A stretch of 64,000 bases of DNA from the human T2T-CHM13v2.0 reference genome, Homo sapiens: assembly GCF_009914755.1 (NCBI RefSeq), contig NC_060929.1; one strand, given 5' to 3'. The notes below the pieces were generated by a model. It was not told the origin of the DNA, searched no databases, and saw only the letters and a list, made by a program, of their open reading frames with translations. Of this stretch, positions 14,695 through 30,344 are shown piece after piece. Position 1 is the first letter of the stretch. Every line of letters starts with the position of its first letter. The position numbers were made by a program, and so were the translations under genes.

Positions 14695-14776
14695 GACTAT
14701 GATTTTCATATATGATTTTCTTATTGCAATTTAGTGCCTAGAACCAGAAATTATAAATACTGATTACCATGTAAGC

Positions 14777-14916
14777 TGAAAGGAAAGGAAGGGGAGGAAG
14801 GAAGGAAGGAAGCAAAGAAGGAAGGAGGGAAGGAAGCAAAGAAGGAAGGAAGGAAGGAAGGATGGAAGGCAGGGAGGGAGGGAGGGAGGGAGGAAAAAGG
14901 GAAGGAAGGAAGGAAA
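14777..14916. repeat. (GGAA/GGGA)n purine-rich simple repeat
   Basis: About 140 bp of almost pure A/G. Confidence 0.95.
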
Positions 14917-17369
14917 GACTTTGAGCATCTACACGTTGCAATATTGTAATAATTTCATTATTATGAACATTTTGAGTTTTGGGTCACTTTAAAAATGACA
15001 CATAATCATTTTCCACATTCCTGTTCAATGTAAACATTTATTGCCACTTTTAACTAAACATGTAGGAGTCCCATTATTTTCAGTGCATTTGGTCTTAGGG
15101 AATGCAAATGATGATCACTGAAGCCCCCTTCAATTCACTCTTTCACGGTTGTCTTAGTTTCACGTTCCCTCCATCCAAAATTATTTCATTTTGAAAATAA
15201 TTGATTTTAGAAGGCAATGGGGAAATGAGATGTGCTTTTCAAAAACCTTTGAGTCAAAGATATGACTGACTGTGGATTCTTATTTTTAAAATAAAATATG
15301 AGCCATAGAATAAAAATTTCGGTACAGAATGGCACAACACGGTGGAAAGTTAAAAGCATGGAAGCAGGTGGCCGTCAGGGAAGCACCTCTCTCTATTTAC
15401 AAGGCCACGATGAATTAGTGTCTGAGTGTACATGAAGCTTAAATAAACTAAGTAACAAATCCCCTGCTTACTACACATCTCTGTCCTACAATCCAGCCAA
15501 ACCATTCAGACGTGAGCATCCCACATACAAGGAACAGATTGCACAGAGTCAATATTGGAATTTACTTCATTTTTGGGAAAACGACTTTACGGCCTCATGG
15601 CAAAATGTCTCTGTTGACCTTCAGAATAAAAATGTTAACTCACATAAACTGAAACAGAATATTTTTCTCTTGCTTTTGCAGAAGGATCTGCAACCTGAAG
15701 AGAACGGTCACAGTATTCTGCACGTAATGCAGTGTGAATGCAGATTCTACGAGGAACTATGCCTTACAATTGGATTTTAATTCAATTTCTCTAGGATTAA
15801 ACAGAATGAAAAAGGGTCATAAGGTTTTGAAGATGTCTGTTTATTTTCACTTATATGTGATCTTGATCAACTTGTCTATGAGTATTACTGAGTGAGCAAG
15901 AACTCTCTGAGCTCAACTTACTTCTCCACTATAATTTTACGCATTCTTTGCTTGCCAGTTTATATGAAGTGTGCTACACCAACTAATCCAAAATAGATGA
16001 CAATGAGTCCTGGCATCTAAAGCTTTTAACTTTGAATGCCTCTTACTATTTCAATTCACAGTGATAAAAATATTACTGTTATGTACATGTGTTAAGCACT
16101 ATTGTATATCGCTTTGAAGCCTATCCTGCTGCTTTCGTGAAAAATGGATGTGCGTGTGTTTCTGTGTATACAGGCAAATATCATCAGAAGCACTTTCACT
16201 GTGATGGTAACCTTTCTATACACTTTCTAACTTGTCTGGATTTTCTTGAAGGTCGATTGGGTTTTCAACTGTGTTATCTGCTAGGTGTTTGATGGAGTGG
16301 TCCAGATAACAGAAGAGAGAGCAAAGGAAAAAGAATTTTTTGAAGATCAAAAGTGGCTGTTCATTTTGTTATCTGACCCTATCTGTTGTCATAGTAACAG
16401 GTTTCTTTTAACCTATGTCATGGGATGATTTGTCTCTATCTGCTCTGAATTCTCCTTTGACTGAAGAGCTGCTCCTCCAGCACCTAGCCGTTTTCCAGGC
16501 TGTCTGTGAAGCTCTGCAGAGGGGCCAGAGAACGGTTCCCAGGTCGGAAGGGATTTAAATTACATTTTCAATTTAAACCGCTATCTTAATTTAGGAGGAG
16601 ATAAAGCCAACACAGTTGCTTTCTCCCCTGGTTTTACAACATATGAGTAAATGTCATTTAGGAATGAAATGAATGACGGTGTTGACTCTTTAACACTCAG
16701 GACAGGTTTCATCCTGCACCGAACCAATGACAGGAGATAAAGTGACTACGTGGAAGGTGGTGTTTGAAGCAAACTTTTAATGAAAGGAATAAAATAAAAG
16801 CTGATCTAATTTCCCCTGTTGCTCTGGGAGGAGGCTGTGGGGAGGTTGGAACTTTCTCTTCATGCTGACAACTGCAAAAATCCAGTCCACTTACATCAGG
16901 GCGACCAGAAGTGACTGGAAACAGGTCCGTTTATTCTTAAACAAAGCTTTCAGAAAACTGAGTTTCAGAAGGTGAAATTTGTTCTGTGGGTCATTTTAAG
17001 TGACTTGATGCAACTACGACATTCCTTTGGGTTTTGCAGGTAAAACATCTTAGAAATGGACTCTCAGCATTTGATTGAGTCCTAGGCACCCCCTCCTCCA
17101 GCAGTGGCCTCCCCTACCCCCAACCAGGCCCATGTAGCACCTGGCCCTCACCACTCCAGCCCCCACATGGGATCAGGGGAAGTTCTGGAACTGACCTCCC
17201 TCCATGCAACAATGCAGGTGAGCCAGGGTCCCCAGGCAGTGGATTCCTGCTCAGTGTGCAGTCAGCTCTTCACTCTGTTCCATGGCAAAGGCAGAGGAAA
17301 GTTTCTCCTGTCTCCCAGGAGGTTCTTGGCTGTCACCTGTCACCAGACAGGCTTCATCTCCACTTACCC

Positions 17370-17497
17370 TGGACTTGCAGAATGAATAAGCTTCGTGATG
17401 CAGAACACGTGTCCTTATCATTTTCCTCTAGTTTTAAAAACCTGTGCGCATAACAGATGCCTTTAGGTGAATCTCTGAGAGAGAGCTCAATAAACAA
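17370..17497 (+). mobile_element. L2 3'-end relic
   Basis: agaatgaataagcttcgtgatgcagaacacgtgtccttatc ... gagctcaataaaca. Confidence 0.45.
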
Positions 17498-17744
17498 GGT
17501 GCATCACTTAGGAGGGATTCCAGTGGTGACTTCTCACTTCCTGGGACTGGACAAAGCCCCCTTCTGTGGAAGACCCTCCCTAAGAAGGCCCAGAGTCTCC
17601 CCAAGGCGCCTGATGGAAGGAGACGGCCCCTACCTAAAGCATCCTTGATTGCACAGAGACTCCTACAGAGGGGACTCCGAGGGTGGGTGATGGAGTCGTA
17701 CCCCTGCTCATTCCCATCAGGCCTGCTCACTGATGCACAGCACG

Positions 17745-17880
17745 CTGTCCTGCGGAAACCTCCGTCTTTTCATCTGTAAAATGGAGATGATAGTAGCATC
17801 CACCCCATAGGACTGAGATATTTTTTCTAGAGTGCTTGCAAAGATCCCGCACATGGTAAGCCCACAGTGACTGTGAGCGT
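17745..17880 (+). mobile_element. MIR relic
   Basis: ttttcatctgtaaaatggagatgatagtagcatccaccccatagg ... gcacatggtaagccc, MIR core. Confidence 0.75.
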
Positions 17881-20800
17881 CTAGGTGGTCCCTGCTCCCA
17901 GAGCTGAGGGCTGCAGCTGTCCAAGACGTCGTCTTCACCTCTTCTCTTCCCAGGATCTGTGACGTGGCATTTGCCTGCACCACTGGAGACCAAACACATG
18001 CCTTAGAACACTTACAGTTAACCTCCTTAGACAAACTCACAAACAGTGACAGACAACAGAGGAATAATGACCTGCAAAAGGTTCAAAACTGTAACTGGAC
18101 TGGCGAGAGTTTTCTTCATGAGGCATCAGTGTGCTAGCCTAACAATTCTCTGCCTCTGGCAACCATATTTTTTGCCTGTCCTATGAAACGTCTGATCTGA
18201 TGAGCAAACATCAGTGGTACTTTGCTGTCAGAACTCTCTCTCTGACCATCTCACCCAAGCATCACGCAGGTGAGCATGGGGTGGTGAGCACACGCAGGAC
18301 AGCTCTGCACGGCTGCAACAGGTGCCCCCCATACCAGGCTCCCAGGATTGTGCATCTTACCCACCACGGCCCATGGAACCCTCACGCAGTGCAGACACCA
18401 TCTGCCCCGGCCTGCCATACACTGCCTAAGTGTGCGGTGGGTGGGAGGGAGGAGGGATAGATGGCCGAGGCCTGAGGAGGCCCGCGGGAGGAGAGGCCCA
18501 AACTCAGGGGCTGCAGGTGCAGACGTGGCAGGGGAGGCACCCCCAAAAATAATTGCCAGCAATCACTGTAATGAAGAGCCGAGAAAAGAAAAGTTGAATT
18601 GGGAGTTTTACCGGCAGAGCAACGTTTAATACCTTTAATAATAAAATTGTTGAAACAAACATTTTAATAATCTATAAAGACTGTTACTTAAAATGTGTTT
18701 GTGTGTGTTTCCTCCTCTACTACTATCTGAAATGAAGAGCTGAAGGATACCAGAGAATGAACAGGGTGCATTTGGATCACTGAAATATTCAGTCATAAAC
18801 TTCTGACACAACTACAAATTATTTAATTTCTACTCTTAACTCCTTAATGTTAATATGGGAACTTCCAATGTATAGCTACAAGGAGTTAGAAAGTACAATA
18901 CATTGAATTTATTTTCCCAGAATCTTTAATATTAACTTCAAATGTAGTTAGTTTGATACATTTTAAAATCTAATTTTCAAAGGGAAATTTTAGGAGAGAA
19001 TAAATTCTGCTCTCTAAAGAGCTATTCAAATTTAAAAAACAAATTTCTAGACCTTCCGAATTTATGGTCTTAAAAAATATCAAATGCTCAGTTTTTTAAA
19101 AAATGAAGTTAATTTCAATGAACTTAATTAGCATTTTGGCTCCTACATACATATTTTAGCAACTCCTTATTGCCTGAGACATAGTTAAACTAAAACAAGC
19201 AGCGTGTGTTTTTAAAAATTTTATTTTGGAAATCCATAGTTCCCCTGGGCTTAAAATTGAAAATGCAGGTGCGTTGGGTAACGCAAACTGCTTCACCCTA
19301 TCAGAGGTCAGCTTGGGCATCAAAGAAACTCCTAGAGAAAACAGAAATGGGGTTTTATTAATTTCCAAGGGTGAAAGGAAAAAAGTGATGTTTCAGGGTT
19401 CCGGAAGCAGAAATCCTTCCTGAAGCAGGTTATTCAGAGGGATAACCAAGCGCAGAGAACCCCTGGCTCCCCACCGGGAGATCAGCCCTGTTCTCACAGC
19501 GGAAGCTGTTGTGCTGGAGGAGGTATCTTCTTAGAGACCTCAGTGTCCATCCCGGCTCCTCCCCATGAATGCCACATGGATGCAGTGCTACTCCCAACAT
19601 TGGGAGCTGGCTGTGTCCTGTCTTATGTGGTAGCTGAGCTAAGGGATTCACAAACATGTTACTTTTCTCATGAATGCTGAACACATTGAATTTAAGCAGT
19701 CTTTATTCTCCTCTGAGATTAGAGCTTCAGCAGTGTGTTATCAAACCCATAATTTTCCCTCTTGCTTCACTCCTCAAAGCTACTTAAATTTAAATACTAA
19801 TAGCAAACCAAAAAGGTTTTATGTTAAAACTAAGAATTGAGTGTCACATTGAATTATTATGTTTTTCTCTAAACCATTAGGAAAGTCTTAATTGAATGAG
19901 ATTACAATTAATAACTCTGGAAAAACAGCACACGTTAGTAACATTTAAAAAGAAAAGCATACAAACTCCAACTATATAAATTTTTTTTGGAGAATCTATT
20001 TTCTTTGGGTTTTTCAAATTTTTTTAAGAGCTTTGCTATTCCTTCAAGATTGTATCCTTTATAATCAGCAGACAATTACTGTACAATGTGTGAGCTACTG
20101 GGTAGAAATGATATAATTACACTATACATCTATACATCTACATACAATATATAATTTTATTCCATGCTTGGCTTTAGGTACTTATTAAAAATGAGTAAAA
20201 AGATCAAGAAAAAAATTAAAATTAATTTATGGAAAAGGTAGAAAATAAAACCTAGTTATTTTCCTGGATTCTTTATAGATTCTCAAGTCTGTGGAAAGAA
20301 GGCTTTCAGGTCTTATGATGAGGCTGTTGCTATTTTACATTGATTGAATAAATAGAAACATTATAAATAAACAATATCTGATAAATATATCAAAGGAGTG
20401 AGCAGATACCAACAGAAATGAACTTTATTTCACAAGATTTCCTATCATTCCCAGGTTGTTTTTAATTCTAAAAATCCATTTAAAGAAGAGTCTGTTTGAA
20501 CATTGTTATGTATCTGGTTCCTTTTGCATTGAGACTTTTCCCCCTACAGAAAGCATTTTAAAGTCCTTTTCAAAGCTCCTTTGCCAGACTCTTCCGGGAG
20601 GAGCAGGCAGGGAAAGGCCCGGGCCTCAGATCTGCAGACTGGGCGCTCCGGGCAGGTCAGACCCCGGGAGAGGACTTTGTCATATGGAAATGTTTAACGG
20701 TCCGGCTCACAGCCTGTGGAGGCTGCTTTTTATCTTTGCAGGGTTTGAACATGATCCTTTCAAAGCCAGATAACCCAGGAAAGGCCTCAGAGGGACTTCT

Positions 20801-21608
20801 GGCTGCTCCCTCCCGATCCCCCTCATCCTCGTCCCCGAGGGGTCAGTTATTAGAATTCGATCAGGAGGCTTTCTTGTGGTTATCTATTTGGGTTTCAGTC
20901 TTTATGTGCCTGCAAAGTAATATGCTCTCATTGCTTTCCTTCGAATGAGCAGAAGAAATTGTAAGATAGAAAAAAGTTAGCTTATAAGTGCACAGTTGTG
21001 CATCTTTTGAGTATATTGAAAACTGGGCCACTGAAATTGTACTAAAGACTCAGCCTTATCAGCTCCAGTAATGACCCCTTGCCTCTATCTAATACCCAAA
21101 TCTGGCTTCCTAGCCAACTGGAGAAAGATGTGTTACTCTCTAATGTTCCTCTAAAAGGGTGCATTAAACAGTAGACTCTTCATTTAATACAGATAAGATA
21201 AAATAGAAATATTTCTTGGCCAGGCTGAATCAGCCTAGATTTTTTCCACTCATTAAATCAACTTGTTTTCCTGAGAACCCACCAGGTCCTACCCAGAAGA
21301 GGGCCCTCCCTGTCCTTACTTCACCCACACAGAGATTCTGAAGATCAGGGCTTCTCCCACTATCTGGCAGGAAGGACTAGGGTTTCTTTTTCCCTAACCC
21401 ACAGCAGACCAATATTTTTATTTTTGTAAAATAAAATCCCAATTAATACATGATAAAATAAAAATATAGAAACCTTTAAATCCTTAGATACAACGGATGT
21501 AAAATTGCTGTCATGTGCTGAAATGACTTCTAAATACTTACTTTCAACTTCTGTTCTTAGGTGGTTGTGGACTTGTACACCATAACTGCTAAACTGGAGT
21601 GTAGTAAC

Positions 21609-22009
21609 TGCGATGGTTTCAATGTGACTCCTCAGGAATTCATGCGTTGAAGCCGAATGGCTAACATCATAATGTTAACAGGTGGGGTCTTTAAGAGACG
21701 ATAGGTCAGGAGACCTCCACTCTTGTGAATGAGGTTAGGTGCCCTTTTAAAGGACTTGGCAGAGAGAGTCTGTTCCTTTTGCCCTTCTGCCTTCTGCCAC
21801 GTGAGGTACACGGTGTTCCTCCCGTCTGGAAGACACAGCATACAAGCCACCATCTTGGAAGCGTAGGCTGACCTCACCAGACGACAAAACCTGTTGGTAT
21901 CTTAATCTTGGCCTTCTCAGACTCCAGAACTGTAAAAAATAAACGTGTGTTCTTTATAAATTACTCAGTCTGTGGTATTCTGTTAGAGTAGCACCAATTG
22001 ACACAGGCG
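21609..22009 (+). mobile_element. MaLR solo LTR (MLT1A/MSTD-like)
   Basis: Starts tgcgatggtttcaatgtg; contains gccaccatcttggaagc; ends ctccagaactgtaaaaaataaa...ttctttataaattactcagtctgtggtattctgtta. Confidence 0.85.
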
Positions 22010-23488
22010 AAGGCACAACTCAAAGGGAAGTTCTCCATCACAGCACCCCATTTGGTTAGAATGCAAGGGGTTCTAATCCTCCGACTTGATTGCAAGCTTT
22101 GAAGGTTAGGTCTCTTTATTTCCACAAATTTATCCCAAGAAATGCATCACCAGTACCCCCTTAAAGTCCAAAAATTGCTTTGTTCATATCATAGTGTTAG
22201 CATATTGACAACTGTTTGTGAAATTGTTGAATTCCAGCAGTCTTTCAGAATCTTTTATTACAGATACACTATTCTACAGAGGTCAATAGGAATGCAAGAT
22301 GAATTTCAGTGCCCTCTGGGTGGGCTCCATCCATGATGAGGCCGAGGCAGCATTGGGACTCCCCTCCATTCAGGCAAATCACCCAACTCAAGGAACACTT
22401 GCCGCTTGCTCTGTAAAGTCGGCTGATAGTAAGTGCATGGCTTGTTTGACAACTCGCTAAGAAGCTAATAAGATATATGAGAATCATCAATTCTAAATCC
22501 AACGCGTGCTGCAGATGGAAGGTGGTGTCAATTTTCTAGCCACACCAAATTAAGCAAAGCTTATTTCTACCTAAAATTTGTCATTGGCATGCACACACAC
22601 ACACAGACACACACTTCATTTCTTTATTCCACAATTTCACTGGCTACTTACTGTACAGAGAGATACAGGAGAAGAAATGCAAATCCATTAGATCTGGTTC
22701 TTTCTGAAGTACTTTGCAATCAAATAGAAGAGATGAGGCCAGTCTACAGTAGGAGTATAGGATATAAATTATTCTGTGACATAAACATTATATAGAGGAG
22801 CTAAACTTAGCCAAGATTACCTCCAGCCTAAAAGATCTAAGGAGATTCCGTAAAGGGCAAATCAGTCAAGCCTTAGAGAATTGGTAGAATGTTGTTAGAT
22901 TAAGGAGTGCAAGAAAGGCACTGGGAAGCAATAAACTGTTGAAGCTCAATTAAAGCACAGGTCTTACCTGGGCGTGTTGGGAGCAGGCAGCCTGGAAAAC
23001 TACTTGGAGTTAGGTTGTGAGAACTCAAAGGGTGGGTGGAAATGTTTAGAATTCATGTGGTCAGCAGAGGATTCACATGCAATGTTTTCACTCTGGTGAG
23101 TGCACTGTGATCATGCCACCGCTCCTGAGATTCTCCTCTGCCATTGTACTTAAGTAAGACTCATAAATGGCAGTGAATGCAATAAAAACGTTGCAAGAAG
23201 TCACATGCTTGCCATACTTAGTGATGAAAGACAGAGTGCTTTTCCCCGGAGATGAGGAACAAGACCGGGGTGCCTGTTCTCACCATGTCTATGCAACCTT
23301 GTTTTGGAGGCTCTAGACAGGAAAGTTGTGCAGGAAATAGAAATAACGGACATCCTCATTAGGAACAAAGAAGTGAAACTATCTCTATTTGCAGACACAT
23401 GATTATGTATGTAAACAATTCTAAGAAATTCAGAATTTAAAAAACCACCACCACCAACAAAAAAACCCAACAACCATTGTTATAGTAA

Positions 23489-23810
<322 letters not shown>

Positions 23811-24251
23811 CGATACAATTCTAATATACAAAAATCAATTGTATTTCTATAGCTTTTCATTGAACAATCCAAAAATGAAGAAAACAATTCTATTTAAAAC
23901 AGCATCAAAAAATAAAATAATAAGGAATAAACAACAAATAAAACATAAAATTTTCACTTTGAAAACTATAAAGCATTGCTGAAATAAATTCAAGGTCTAA
24001 GTAATTGTAAAAACATTCAATGTTCATGGATTGAAAGGCTTAATATTGTTAAAATGATAATACTGCCAAAACCAACCTGCAGATACAGTGCAAGCCCTGT
24101 CAGTATCCCAGATGACTTTTTTGTAGAAATTGACAAGTTGATCCTAAAATTCATATGGAATTCATAAGAGACCTAGAATAGCCAAAACAACTTTGGAAAG
24201 GGAAAACAAATAGATAACTATATTTTCTGATGTTAAAACTTATTATAAAGC

Positions 24252-24645
<394 letters not shown>

Positions 24646-25100
24646 TCAGAAGCAAACCTCTGTGTCAACTTACTTTGGAAAAGGGTGCCCAGGGCAATTG
24701 AATGGAGCCTAAATATTTTCTTTCAACAAATGGTGCTGGGACAATTGGATAGCTATGTGCAAATGAATGAAGTTGGACACCTACCTCACATCATTTACAA
24801 ACTTAACTCAAAATGGATCAATGATCTAAAGGGGAATTGATACAAGACAATTTTTAGGAGAAAACATAGAGGCAAATCTTTATGACCTTGAATTTGGCAA
24901 TCCATTGTTATATGACACCGAAAGCATAAGCAGTTAGAATAAAAGAAAACAGATGCATTGACCCTCATCAAAATCTAAAACTTCTGTGCTTCAAAATACA
25001 CTATTAAGAAAGTAAAAAGACAACCAATAGAATGAGAAAAAATATTTGCAAATCATATATGTGATGAGGGACTCATATTTAGTATATATAAGGGACTCTT

Positions 25101-25496
25101 TGTGTTAGTCCATTTTGTGTTGCTATAAAGGAATACCTGAGACCAGCTAAATTATAAAGAAAGGCATCCATTTGGCTCACAGCTCTGCAGGTTGTACAGG
25201 CATGGCGCACACATCTGCTCGGATTCTGGTAAAGAAGCTCTTACTCTGGGGAAAAAATGAAGGCAGAGCAGATGTGTCATATGGCTGGGGGAGCAAGAGA
25301 GATGCCAGGTCTTTTAAACAACCATGTCTTGTGTGAACTAGTAGGAAAACCTCACTCATTACCATGGAGAGGACACCAAGTCATTCTTGAGGGCTCTACA
25401 CCCATGACCAAAATACCTCTGACTAGGCCCACCTCCAACATTGCAGACCACATTTCAACATGAGATTTGGAGAGGACAAACACTCAAACTATATCA
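25101..25496 (-). mobile_element. MSTB-type MaLR solo LTR
   Basis: tgtgttagtccattttgtgttgctataaaggaatacctgagac ... catgagatttggagaggacaaacactcaaactatatca. 5-bp TSD ctct(t/c). Confidence 0.9.
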
Positions 25497-25850
25497 CTCT
25501 CATACTCAATAACATAAAGGCAAATAATTCAATGAAAAATGGGCAAAGCATCTACATATACATATCTCCAAGAAATATATACAAATGGCCAATAGGCACA
25601 AGAAAAGACACTGGATATCATCAGGGAGATGCAAACAAAACCACAAGGAGATGTCACTTCACAGCCACTAAGCTGGCTGGGATCAAAAGGTCAAATAATG
25701 GCCTGTTGGTGAGGATGTGCAGGAACGCCAACACCCATGCGCTGCTTCTAGGGGTGTAAAATGATGCAGCCGCTTTGAAAAACAGCCTGGTGGTTCCCTA
25801 AATGCCTAAACATAGACTTACCAACAATTCCACCCCTAAATATATATTTA

Positions 25851-26423
<573 letters not shown>

Positions 26424-26857
26424 CTATCTATGATTCCATTTATATGAAGTGTCCAGAGCAGGTGCATCTACAGAGGCAGAAAGTGGTCAGTAGTTGCTTA
26501 GGGGTGTGGGAGAGATTGAAGATTCGTGGCTAAAGGATTTGTGGCTTATTTTTGAGGTGATCAAACAGTTCTAACATTGACTGTGATTTTATGTATCTGA
26601 AAATGTACTAGAACTATTGAACTGTACACTTCCAATTAATGGATTGTGTGACATGTGAATTGTATTTCAATAAAGTTGTATTTTTAGAAGTCCCATGTAA
26701 ACATCTCCCCCTGTGTGTACAAATGATGTTCTCTCCATCGTTGCAGGAAGCCTGCGTTTCCACTCCTCGAGTGCTGTCCCTGAGATGGGAAATGCACACC
26801 GCACGGCTGCTGGAAGGCAGCTCTTCCAGTCCAGGATAAGCGTCACTACTGCAGTGA

Positions 26858-27173
<316 letters not shown>

Positions 27174-28669
27174 TAGTCCTCTTTTGTCCCGATGTCATGA
27201 TCTTCCTAAGCACTGGCCTGGTTCCATGTAGACTTAGGAGTGTGATGAGAATCTTCTGCTTTCCCATGGGAAGCGCTGTGACTTGGCCCTTGCGCTGCAT
27301 TCCATAAGGGGTCTGCTTCCAGGACACTTAGCAAGGCCACCTCTTCATGAAGTAACATAAAGAGGGGTTGAGACAGCCCCGCAGTGCTTTGGAAGAGCAT
27401 CTCCACAGCCAATGGTCCTGATAATGTTTTCGGTGGTGGAGGGGAAGCCGGATGTGAGCCTTGAGAGACGACTGCTCTCATTCCTGGCCTCGTTCATGAC
27501 GTCATCATCTCTTCACTTACACAAAGACAGCAGATCTTTCTTATCCCGCCAGAAAACCAAGATTTTGGCTGTCCTGTCAAACCTTTAGAAAGAAAAACGA
27601 GCAAGACCCAACCACTGTGACCTGCTGCTGATCAGGAACTTCAGGTCTGTAGAACAAATACTGTTGATCTGTTGGGCTATTTGCCACTTCTCCTAAGTCT
27701 TTTTTATTTCCTGAATTATGCAACATGATTTCCTGCCATTTATTTAAAGAGGCCAGGACCTGAGTGGATGTAACATCATATTGGAGCAACCCCAGCACCC
27801 GTGGGGATACAGTTCTGTTCCTCTGAGCTTTTCTTCACGTTTGACCTTTCTCGAGGGAGGCTCATTCAGGAACTTGACGAGTTTTGCTGGAAATCTGTTT
27901 CTGATTTTTCCTACCCCAAATTTACAATTTTAAAGAATGTAGGCTATGCAATGAAAATTATAATGACCTATTAAAATAGACCCTTTTGTGGCTAATAAAA
28001 ATGAAACCTCTCAGCCTGACATAGAGACAAAAAGATTACAATTGTCTGCCCAAAAACTTTAAGAACTTTTGAGAAGGAAAAAAGAAACAAAACAATAGAA
28101 GTAGTATTTTGGGGTTGTGTTAAGCTGCTCACAATGTAGGTGGCTTTGGTCCATTTAGACACCAAAGTCTCTTCCTGGTGTCTGGGCTGGATTCTGACAG
28201 TCTAGACGTCTTACCATGGGGGTGCTCGGCCACAGTGGATGTGCAAACTCAGCTCCAGGAAAGTCCCTCAATGGCTTTCTATCAAGGGCAATGTTGGTTG
28301 CGCAAGTACGACGGTGATGAATCCACCACAAGAGAGTTCCTTCCTCCCCAGATGTGTGTTGCTTCTCCTCTAGACGGCTGGCCAGCTGCCTCCACCCCTC
28401 CCGACATTGCCCTTGCCATCTATCACAATGCATGCTTGTGGATGCAAGGTGGAAGATTGTGTGGGGAAAGTCAAGGGGCTTTTCAAAATGAAAGGTCAGG
28501 AAACATTCTTCTTGGCCAGTGAGAGTTACTCCTTGCACTGGTTTTATATCAGGTAGTGCTGGGAGCACTGGGCTTGCTAGCCTGCACCTTAAAACATGCG
28601 TCACCTGGGAAAGAAGAAAAGCAGTGCAAGGTGAAAAAGGAAATGAATTTCTGCACACTCCTCTTTGGC

Positions 28670-28825
28670 TCCAGGCACTCTATAGATCCTACCACTCTTA
28701 GTTTCTTATAATGATCCCCTGGGATCGATCGTGTTATTATTGTGATTTAAAAAATGGGCAACCTGAAGCTAAAGATGATTAAGGAACTTGTCAATGATCA
28801 CAACAAATGTTGGTAAAATGAGACC
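28670..28825 (-). mobile_element. MIR relic
   Basis: ttattattgtgatttaaaaaatgggcaacctgaagctaaagatgattaaggaacttgtcaatgatcacaaca. Confidence 0.55.
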
Positions 28826-29784
28826 AACAGACACCTTGCCATTACCACTTTGTGGTCACTGCGCAGTCCTCTGCAGTGGCTGGGAGCTCTTGCAAGGTGT
28901 CTGTCAGTTCCTTTTGGTGAGTCTAAGGGGCTGTGCCAGGCGGTAGGGGCTCCCTGTCTGTGTCTCCCACTCTCCATCATTCCCACTTCTCTGCCAAGTT
29001 GTGCAATGCAAGAAGCTGGCTTGATCTGGAATTTAGGATAACTCAGGTTTACAATGCCGCTGTGATAGTTGATAGTTGATCTGTTAGCAGCACTGACAGT
29101 ATGGCAGCTCTTGGGAGGGTCAACTCTGGCATAGCCTGTAGACACCTGAGTGCCTGTCAAGTTGATTTTGCAGCAAGTAAAAGGTGTTTATCTAACACAT
29201 CCCCCTTGGCAGTGCAGGCTGACTTCCTCAGATGGTGTCCAACTACTTCCAGTGGGTTTCCTGAGGAGCCTTTCTCTGTCACATGAGGCATGGAACACCT
29301 GCCCTTGGGGATGGCCTAGGCAAGCACAAGGACACCCTCAGGTTGGCTTGTCTGAATGAGCACTTATTTAAGCACTTATTTTTACCAAAGTTTATGTCAT
29401 TGGGAGAGATTTTCAACCATCTGGTAAGATACAAAGCCTCCTGAATTTTCCCATCTGCTTCTGGTATTTCACTCCCCATGATGTCATGTGTGTATGTGTC
29501 AGACAGTTAGAGATGGGGCAGGCTGTTGGTGAACTATAGGAGACCCTACCCGATGGGGAATCTCCCAGCTGTCTGAGGTCATGAACCCCATCTGTGTCAC
29601 TAAGGTGGCAGATGAACACATGCGTGTCTTGCCTATTGAATAATTCCATTTAGAACACATGTTCCTTTGTTGGTTAAATACTTGAGATAAGTACCAGTTC
29701 AATGCTTTACATTTTTCTACTGCATAAGGCAGGCTGACTTTTTTTAAAAAATCAACACTTACGGAGCTCCTCCTGTGTACAGAA

Positions 29785-29980
29785 CCTGCGGTCAGTGTTT
29801 TCTAAGGTTATGGCATTGCAGTTGCACAACAACCTTGTAAAACTTATACTGCTGTATTTCAGATGAGATGGCTGGGGTGCAGCAGTGGCTGACCATTGGC
29901 CTGGCTTGCACGGCTGATAGGCGGTGGAGCTCAGGTGGAGCTCAGGATTCTGCTCTGAACTGCTTGCTCCAGGGCTCATG
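29785..29980 (-). mobile_element. MIR relic
   Basis: cacaacaaccttgtaa...tttcagatgag...gcggtggagctcaggattc. Confidence 0.55.
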
Positions 29981-30344
29981 TGCCTTCTCCATCATGCTCC
30001 CCCATGGAGATGCCCCAAATCCAGATGAAAGGATTGTTTGCTGAGCCTGACCATATGCCACGAGCAAGCATTGGCTATTTCCCATTGGTAGATGAAAGTG
30101 GGACAGTCAGGAGCATAGCGGTACCCCCTGTCAAAGGTAAAGAAAGGGGTTCAGGAGAACATCTGGTGAATTGCCCAGGGATCTCCACCAGAGCTTAATG
30201 CCCCTCTCCTGTCTGTTGGCTTCATGCATCCTAGCTACCCTCTTGCAATGAAAAAGTATGTGGGAAAAGGCCTCATGTATCTCTTTCAAAGATTAGTGCT
30301 TAATAAACATTTGTTAAAACATAAATTAACAGGCATTATCCTTT

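Noticed and set aside
15661-15730. Strong + strand acceptor (ttttctcttgcttttgcag)
   Set aside because: No convincing downstream donor or recognisable reading frame.
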